Assembly (NCBI GenBank): GCA_951406725.2 | Contig: OX597823.1 | Location: forward strand, 77,190,001 to 77,254,000 | Length of the DNA: 64,000 nt | Reading direction: 5' to 3' | Source: Octopus vulgaris | Taxonomy: Eukaryota | In this document: piece after piece, positions 55,123-64,000 of the stretch | How positions within the stretch are numbered: the stretch's first letter is position 1 | Layout: every line of letters begins with the position of its first letter | Notes under the pieces: model-generated | The model's input: the letters and a program-made list of their open reading frames with translations, nothing else | Database searches by the model: none | What the model was told of the DNA's origin: nothing | Position numbers and translations under genes: made by a program

Positions 55123-55243
55123 TATATAGAAGGAGCTTCTACAGGACTAGTACTGTTTCATTCAAGAGAAATCTTCAGGAGCTTCCTGAAGATTTCTCTT
55201 GAATGAAAGTACTAGTCCTGTAAAGTCCTTCTATATAATAAAT
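55117..55243. repeat. Palindromic element centred on TCTTCAG-gagcttc-CTGAAGA
   Basis: ~60-bp arms between (TA)n tracts; decayed hammerhead-like CTGAAGA...GAAA..GTACTAGTC in each arm. Confidence 0.75.
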
Positions 55244-55312
55244 TAATTTTACTCTGCTATGTATTGAGTACCTTACTTACTGTGGTTAACCCCGAATCAA
55301 CCCGGGACCTAC

Positions 55313-55345
<33 letters not shown>

Positions 55346-55546
55346 ATACATATAATATACATATATACATATAATATATTTATATATATACATATACCTA
55401 TATACATATAATATATATATATATATACATACATACATGCATGCATGCTTACATGCATACATCTGTGTAATGTATATAATACATACATATAATTATATGA
55501 ACATACATGCAAAAATACATACATATATATATATTAATGTATGGGT

Positions 55547-55590
<44 letters not shown>

Positions 55591-55741
55591 ATGTGTGTAT
55601 GGGAGAGAGAGAGATGTATCGACATATAGAGTGAGAGGGACAGAGAAAGAGGAAGAGAAAGTGATGGCAAAGCACAGGAGTCGTATTTATATAAGCATGT
55701 GAATCTGTAAGCATATATGCATGTAAATATTATGCAAGTTA

Positions 55742-55772
<31 letters not shown>

Positions 55773-56063
55773 TGCGTGTGTGTGTGTATGTGTGTGTATG
55801 TGTGCATATAGTACTATGGATTTGTTAGAAAAATATCACCATGTAAATATATGGTCAGATAGATATTGATTGATATCTAGTCATATTAATGTGTGTGTGT
55901 ATATGTATATGCATATATGTGTGTGTATATATATATATATGCATATATATATGTATATATATGTATATATATGTATATATATATATATATGTATATATAT
56001 GTATATATATATATATGTATAAATAATATTTATATCTGTATATATGTATATACATATATATAT

Positions 56064-56517
56064 ATATTTACATGATACATACTCATATATGCAAATATAT
56101 TCATCTATACATGTACATATATACACACATATATATATACATTTAAAAGTTATACAACCATACATACATATATACATACACACATGTATATATATATATA
56201 TATATATACGCACACACACGCTCACATATATATATATATTTACAGATAAATAGACAGATAGATACATACATATACATATGCACACACACACACACATATA
56301 TATATATACACATATATATATGCGTAAAATCTGAGTAATTTCCTGACATGGTCACAAACTTGTGGCTGAAACCAGCAAATAAATATATAAACAAATGATG
56401 CATATTTACATGATACATACTCATATATGCAAATATATTCATCTATACATGTACATATATACACACATATATATATACATTTAAAAGTTATACAACCATA
56501 CATATATACATACACAC

Positions 56518-56555
<38 letters not shown>

Positions 56556-56573
56556 GCACACACACGCTCACAT
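56064..56573. repeat. ~170-bp direct duplication (56064-56228, 56402-56573)
   Basis: Identical TTTACATGATACATACTCATATATGCAAAT...TTAAAAGTTATACAACC. Confidence 0.85.
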
Positions 56574-56872
56574 ATGTATATACGTGTATGTGTATGTATG
56601 TGTGTGTGGGTATATGTATTTATTTATTTACACATACACACATATTCACACGTAAGTATATAAAGTATATCTATGCTGTTCTTATGCGACCTAATGGGAT
56701 TTAAATGTTTCAGCTGCAATCTCGATCATATTTCTTGTAAACATCAAATTTGACACTGGAAATCATTTATTTGTTTATTTCATCGATATTGGAAACAATA
56801 TATTTACACTTTAATGCACCTTTACCTCATAAATATCTCTCCATGTGAACACTGGCACACACACACACACAT

Positions 56873-56950
<78 letters not shown>

Positions 56951-56989
56951 GTATATATATATATATGTATATATATATGTATATATATG

Positions 56990-57053
<64 letters not shown>

Positions 57054-57474
57054 ATATTTATGTGAGTGTATGTATATGTATATATGTATACTCATTTATG
57101 TGTGTATGTTTACGTGTTGTTGTATTTGCGAGATAGCACAGCATTAAATATAGTGAATGTGTATATTATTACAGGTTTGTCTATCTGTATGCATATTTCT
57201 GTATAAGTGTGTATACAGGTATAATTTTGTGTATATATCTATGAGTATTTCTATATATGTTTTGGTCTAAATCTGTATATGCGTAAAAATATTCTATAAA
57301 CATATGTGTGTGTGTGTGTTTTCACATATATGTTTATGTGTGAACGTTTTCAAATGAGTTACATGTTTTCTTTAAAAACATGCCATGGCAAACCACATAA
57401 CTTATGCATTTTTAATAATTTCTAGTGTAGCTTCTTTTGAGTTATTATAAATTTGTATGCCTTCATCAATCACT

Positions 57475-58079
57475 GCATCATCATCATCATTGTTCAATGT
57501 CCGTTTTCCATGCTAGCATGGGTTGGATGAATGACTGAGGGCTGGCGAACCAGGTGGCTGCACCGGGCTTCAATCTTGATCTGGCAGAGTTTCTATAGCT
57601 GGATGCCCTTCCTAATGCCAACCACTCCGAGAGTGTAGTGGTTGCTTTTACGTGCCACCGGCATGGGGCCAGTCAGTCACTACTGGCAACAACCTCGCTC
57701 AAATCTTTTACACATGCCACCGGCACAGGTGCCAGTAAGGCGATGCTGGTAACGATCATGCTCGAATGGTGTCTTTTACATGCCACTGGCACGAAGGCCA
57801 GATAGCCACTCCGGCAACGATCACGCTCTGATGGTGCTCTTTAAGGCGATGCTGGTAACGATCACACTCAAATGGTGCCTTTCAAGTACCACTGGCACGG
57901 AAGCCGGTTAGCCGCTCTGTCAATGAGCATGCTCGTATAGTGCTCTTTGCACCCCGGTAGCACGGACGCCAGTCATTGAATTTGATTTTGATTTTGATTT
58001 TTGATTTCACTTACCTCAACAGATCTTTGCAAGCAGAGTTTTAATGTCCAAAGAGGGAAACGGTATGCATAAGTGGGCT

Positions 58080-58080
<1 letters not shown>
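57475..58080 (-). mobile_element. RTE 3'UTR copy with ~6 tandem units
   Basis: Family B tail plus upstream UTR as in 36249-36360. Confidence 0.87.
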
Positions 58081-58139
<59 letters not shown>

Positions 58140-59307
58140 ATATTTCGGAATGGTCATTTTGCCAGTTTAGCCAATAAAAACACACGCACTATATATTTGG
58201 TGTTACTTTGCTTCAGTGTTATTTATTTTTTACTTTAATCTTAATCTTATTTCTGCTAGAGTTCTTTCGTCACACTCCTGTGACCGCATCAGTGGTCCTT
58301 TGTTTTCTTCTTTCTGTCTTTCCTTACTAACCATCAGCCATTTTGTATTTCTATTGTATGTCTTCATTTGCATATGCTTATATGTGCGTCTATGTTTATT
58401 TAGTGTGTGTGTGGGGGGGGGGGATGCCTGTAATATTTGTATCTTCTGTTTATATACGTTCATGTAATTTGTTTTTGTTTTTGTTTTTGTTGTTTTTGTT
58501 TATTCTTATTTAAGACAAAATCCATTGCCACTGATATAGGAAAACAATGACTGAAAAACCACTGATGTTACAATTACTGTGGTTAACAATGAGTACAGGG
58601 TATTGACAAAGCCTAATGAGCCAGAAATACACATCTGGCACTCTCGCTGCCACAGTTGGATAGCTTCCATCTGGTACTGATGCATTTGTGTTTTTAAACT
58701 CAGTATGTCCATAAGAGATATTATCTCCAGACAAATACCGCAGTTGATATCTGCTGTTCATAATGTATAGTAGGATACACAGATGGCTATTGTAATCTAA
58801 TGCTACTTCTGTTGCACACTGAGATTTATATACACACACACACATGCACACACACACACACACACATGCTCACATATACATACACACGCACACTCACTCA
58901 CAGAAATGCATATAGGTAGAGCATTTAACCAAAGAAACCTTGTCAAAGCAGACAGCAGAGCTTGGCATAGTCCTCTGGCTTGCCAGCAATTGTCAAATCC
59001 TCCAAACCATGCCAGCATGGAATGCAGATACTGAATGATGATGGTGATATATGCGCACACACACAGGCACATGCACACACACACACACATCGTTCTAATT
59101 TTTACATAAAACAGGAAAAAGAAAGAAGAGAGACAGGTGAGATAACAACAAACAATACGTATTAGTGTGATGTTCAGAAACAATGGAGAACTCTTTGACA
59201 TTTTAAGCCTACACTCTACGACAGAAAAGAATGAGGAGAGAAAAACAGAGAGAGAGAGAGGAAAAAATAGAAAGAAAATAATGTGTTTGGATTAATATTT
59301 GCACAAG

Positions 59308-59860
59308 TTGAATGGAAATTGTAGTTGTGATACTCATGCCAGTGGCATGTAAAAAGCACCATCTGAATGTGGCCAATCCCAGCGCTGCCTTGACAGGCTT
59401 CTGTGCCAGTGGCACATAAAAAGCACCACCGATTGTAGCCGCTGCCAGCCTCCTCTGGCCCCTGTGCTGGTGGCACATAAGAGAACCATCCGAACGTGGC
59501 CGTAGCCAGTACCGCATCGACTGGCCTCCGTGCTGGTGGCACGTAACAAACACCATTCGATCGTGGCCATTGCCAGCCTCGCCTGGCCTCCATGCCAGTG
59601 GCATGTAAAAAGCACCATCTGAGAGTGGCCGTTCGCCAGCCTCCTCTGACCTCTGTGCCGGTGGCACATAAAAATAACCCACTACATTCACAAAGTGGTT
59701 GGCATTAGGAAGGGCATCCAGCTGTAGAAACACTACCAGATCAGACCGGAGCCTGGTGCAGCCTCCTGGCTGTCTAGACCCCAGCCAAACTATCCAACCC
59801 ATGCTAGCATGGAAAACGGACGTTAAACGATCATGATGATGATGAGGCTGATGATGATGA

Positions 59861-59862
<2 letters not shown>
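59308..59862 (+). mobile_element. RTE 3'UTR copy with six ~64-bp units
   Basis: GTGGCA(C/T) hairpin recurs at ~59340, 59405, 59470, 59533, 59597, 59660. Confidence 0.88.
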
Positions 59863-59899
<37 letters not shown>

Positions 59900-59974
59900 C
59901 GCATAAATATACTTTTGGTGTGAATGCTTTTGTTATATGGCGCCGAATTTTATAGTCTTGTAAATAATGATAAA

Positions 59975-60179
59975 GGTATTTATATAAGCTTAAAGCTTAT
60001 AGCAATCACCGTGCTATGACTAAGGAAAATGGTCTAATAAAGGGGCATAGAAGCCCTCAAGTCCCATGTAGATGGGAAGCCTACATTTTTCTGTTGAAGG
60101 CTTATATGCCCCTTTATTAGACCATTTTCCTTAGTCCTTACACGGTGATTACAATAAGCTTTAAGCTTATATAAATACC
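59975..60179. repeat. Palindromic (fold-back) element
   Basis: ~85-bp arms GGTATTTATATAAGCTTAAAGCTTAT... / ...ATAAGCTTTAAGCTTATATAAATACC. Confidence 0.85.
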
Positions 60180-60199
60180 ATATATACACATATATATAT

Positions 60200-60358
<159 letters not shown>

Positions 60359-60369
60359 CACATATGTAT

Positions 60370-60400
<31 letters not shown>

Positions 60401-60421
60401 CATAGCTATATAAAATATATA

Positions 60422-60580
60422 CAATGGGCTTCTTTCAGTTTCCATCTAAGAAACCCATTCACAAGGCTTTGGTTGGCCATAGGCTATAGTAGAAGACACT
60501 TGCCCAAGGTGTCACACAGTGGGACTGAACTCAGAAGCATGTAGTTGGTAAGCAAGCTACTTACCACACAGCTACTCCTG
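60422..60580 (-). mobile_element. Family A SINE, 5' half
   Basis: Head and CORE-like body. Confidence 0.82.
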
Positions 60581-60791
60581 ACACAATGTTAGAAATAAGA
60601 TGGCTTTAAACATCATCATCACCATTATTGTTTTAACATCCACTTTGCCATGCTTACGTGGGTTGGACAGAATTTGTTCAGGCAGATTTCCTTAGGCCAG
60701 AAGCCCTTCTTCTTGCCAACCCTCACCTTTCTTCCAAGCAAGATGATGCTTTCCTACACGCAGACATGTTTTCCACATGTCTGCCTGTAGG

Positions 60792-61026
60792 GAAGGTGGC
60801 GAGCTGGCAGAATCGTTAGCACGCCAGGCGAAATACTTAGCGGTATTTCGTCTGCCATTACATTCTCAGTTCAAATTCCACTAAGGTCGACTTTGCTTTC
60901 ATCCTTTTGGGGTCAATAAATTAAGTACCAGTTATGCACTGGGGTCGATGTAATCGACTTAATCCCTTAGTCTGTCCTTGTTTGTCCCCTCTATGTTTAG
61001 CCCCGTGTGAGCAATAAAAAAATAAG
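60792..61026 (+). mobile_element. Family E SINE, full length
   Basis: Colinear with 27952-28185. Confidence 0.87.
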
Positions 61027-61283
61027 ACATGTTTTCCACAGAAGACTGGAAACAAAACAAAACCCATTGTATGATGTTGACATTCATTTACAATTGTTAC
61101 ACAATGCTGAAGCAAGAAGGCACCAACTCACACACATACATAGAGGTCTTGTGTGTTGGGTGGATCATTATGCCAGTACATTTGTTTATTAATTGGTGCA
61201 ATGACCCTCCCAAGCCACAACAAGGTTTTGTTCCAACACATATATTCACAACAAGAATATTGCAAACCACATACAAAAGCAAT

Positions 61284-61560
61284 ATCATCATCATCATCAT
61301 CATCGTTTAGCGTCCGCTTTCCATGCTGGCATGGGTTGGACAGTGCAACTGGGGTCTGGGAAGCCAGAAGGCTGCACCAGGCCCAGTCTGATCTGGCAAT
61401 GTTTCTACAGCTGGATGCCCTTCCTAACGCCAACCATTCCATGAGTGTAGTGGGTGCTTTTTACGTGCCACCTGCACAGGTGCCAGACAAGTCTGGCAAA
61501 TGGCCACGGTCGGATGGTGCTTTTTACGTGCCACCAGCACAGAGGCCAGGCGAGGCTGGA
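61284..61560 (-). mobile_element. RTE 3' tail copy (family B)
   Basis: (TCA)n and conserved tail. Confidence 0.85.
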
Positions 61561-61805
61561 AATATATATATATATAAAGGTGAGTTCAGTTAGAGGTTAT
61601 ATATACATATATATATACACATACATACACACACACATGCACACACACACACACACACACACACATAAATATGTGATAAAAAAGACAAGGTAGAAAATGC
61701 TAAAATAATTTTATAAAAAACATTTAAGTACCAGTTTTAGTCATTGAGACTTTTTCAACTGCAATTATGGAAAACAATTAAATTTTGGAAAAATTAAAAG
61801 AAAAG

Positions 61806-62010
61806 TTACGGAGATGTACTTGCATAGCAAGTGATCTGATCTGAGATCGTGTGCTGGAATGAAAACAATTGCAGCCTGGAAGGTGTTTGTAAGCCATTTA
61901 AGAAACACACAAAAACCGTTAGATTCACTTCAGCATTTAAATTTAATTTGCCAAAATGTTTTCACCACTTTGAGACTGCGACCTGTTCACTGACAAAATT
62001 CCGTGCTGCA
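61806..62010 (-). mobile_element. Short dispersed repeat (also 30650-30820) carrying a G3-C8 hammerhead-like motif
   Basis: TTACGGAGATGTACTTGCATAGCAAGTGA... shared; the copy at 30740-30820 folds back on itself. Confidence 0.65.
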
Positions 62011-62550
62011 TCTCTTCAAAAAGAAAAGTTTTTTAAAAGAATATTTGCATAGTGTTCGAATACAAGGGGCATTTTCCTTGTTCCTGCCTGTTTCTGTCTC
62101 TCTTGTTTACTCTTGTGGGTTCAAGGTCATTGTAGGTTGGAGGTCGTCTATATATATATATATATATATAAAGGTGAGTTCAATTAGAAGTTATAAAAAC
62201 CATCTAAGGGACATTTGTATCCAATGAATTATTGGTTTATTACTTGTGTGAGTATGGGTATTAGTATTAATGTTCATAAATGATAGGTAAGTAAAGGAAT
62301 AAACTGAAGTTTATCTTTATTTAAGGAAATAGAAGAAAATGGAGATAAAATTGATAATTGATAACATCAATTATTATCTATTATTTACCTAAAAAGGTAT
62401 AGGAGGCGGTGGGGTTTCTAAAGTGAGTAATAAACCACAAAATGGAAGGGGTGAATACTAAGAATGGTCAAGTTTCTACAAATAGACTTATATATTTATA
62501 CAGACAGAATACAGACATACAGATAGATAGATAAATAGACAGATAGATAG

Positions 62551-62935
62551 ATAGGCGTAGGAATGGCTGTGTGGTAAGTAGCTTGCTTACCAACCACATA
62601 GTTACAGGTTCAGTCCCACTGTGTAGCACCTTGAGCAAGTGTATTCTATAGCCTTGGGCTGACCAAAGCCTTGTGAGTGGATTTGGTAGACAGAAACTGA
62701 AAGAAGCCCGTTGTATATATGCATATATATATATGTGTGTATGTGTTTGTGTGTCTGTGTTGCCTCCCCACCAACATTGCTGATGTGTTTATGTCCCCGT
62801 AACTTAGTGGTTCAGCAAAATAGACCGATAGAATAAGTACTGGGCTTACAAAGAATAAGTCCTGGGGTTGATTTGCTCGACTAAAGGCGGTGCTCCAACA
62901 TGGCTACAGTCAAATGACTGAAACAAGTAAAGAGA
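62551..62935 (+). mobile_element. Family A SINE, full length
   Basis: Head through tail match. Confidence 0.9.
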
Positions 62936-63464
62936 GTAGAGATTGGTAGATATTTACACAATGGACTTCTATTATTTTTCATTCACTAAATTTTTTAACA
63001 AGTCTTTGGTTGGCCCAGGGCTATACAAAAAGAGATACTTTTCCTGATACTTAAGAATTTAATTTAACCCAGTACGAAATAGCCAGTTAATTTGATCTAT
63101 TGATTTGTGAAGCATGCAAGACAAAATTGTTTCTAGCAGCATTTGAACTCAGTTTGCAAAATAAGATAACTAGAATCCAGTGATTCCAACATCTTCAACT
63201 CCAATTGTAGTTCTACCATGAAATGCATTTGGCTGTCTCTTTTAGAGAAACTGTTCAGATATGTGTGCTGTCTTCTCTGTGATACCATACATATGTTGCC
63301 TTTATTGTAGCTATTGTCAAGTTGTCAAGTTAAGTTGGATTAATTTGTGTTCATGGTGATTTATTTGCAGAAATATCCCAAAAATACAATAGGTATATGT
63401 CATGTTTGTTTAGTAGGTGTGTGTCTATATATGTGCACGTGCATGTGTGTATACATATAGATAT

Positions 63465-63513
<49 letters not shown>

Positions 63514-63536
63514 TATAGAGGTTTATAAATATGTAT

Positions 63537-63957
63537 ATAGGTGCAGGAATGGCTGTGTGGTAAGTTGTTTGCTTACCAACCACATGGTTCCACATTCAGT
63601 CCCACTGCATGGCACATTGGGCAAGTGTCTTCTACTATAGCCTCGGGCCGACCAAAGCCTTGTGAGTGGATTTGGTAGACGGAAACTGAAAGAAGCCCAT
63701 CATATATATGTATATGTATGTATATATATATATGTGTGTGTGTGTGTATTTGTGTATCTGTGTTTGTCATCCAGCATCGCTTGACAACTGATGCTGGTGT
63801 TTTTACGTCCCCGTAACTTAGCAGTTTGGCAAAAGAGACTGGTAGAATAAGTACTAGGCTTACAAAGAATAAGACCTGGGATTGATTTCTTCGACTAAGA
63901 GCAGTGCTCCAGCATGGCCACAGGCAAATGACTGAAACAAGTAAAAGAATAAAAGAA
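63537..63957 (+). mobile_element. Family A SINE, full length
   Basis: Head through tail match. Confidence 0.9.
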
Positions 63958-64000
63958 AAGAAAGAAAAAATGAATATATACACCCATATATATCAATACA

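Noticed and set aside
58506-58800. Non-repetitive stretch with open frames on the minus strand
   Set aside because: No recognisable motif or splice signals; cannot be supported as an exon without homology or RNA data
59209-59904. Recurrent ORFs containing [13 protein letters not shown] and FYVPPA
   Set aside because: Antisense translation of the RTE 3'UTR repeat, with frames not conserved between copies

Overview
AT-rich eukaryotic DNA, dominated by microsatellites and transposable elements. I see no convincing host protein-coding exon; almost all listed ORFs are (TA)n/(CA)n/(TGA)n or repeat artefacts. The repeat families look like an Octopus (coleoid cephalopod) intronic or intergenic region, which is an inference. 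Real coding remnants are: a 5'-truncated RTE-clade LINE with a PHD-type finger inside the RT region (7578-9577, plus decayed copies and many 3'-tail copies); a CR1-group LINE (14995-16358, 48588-49354); the GIY-YIG end of a Penelope-like element (21465-23362); and mariner/Tc1 fossils. Non-autonomous Helitrons, a hAT MITE and at least four tRNA-derived SINE families are also present. The main signal not explained by ordinary annotation is about a dozen minimal type-I hammerhead-ribozyme-like motifs with palindromic stem III, belonging to several unrelated short families that are often palindromic. They include natural core variants (U6; U3-A8; G3-C8) and one fold-back element with two divergent tRNA-like Pol III heads, each followed by a hammerhead. 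All ribozyme calls are by-eye motif and pairing analysis, untested.
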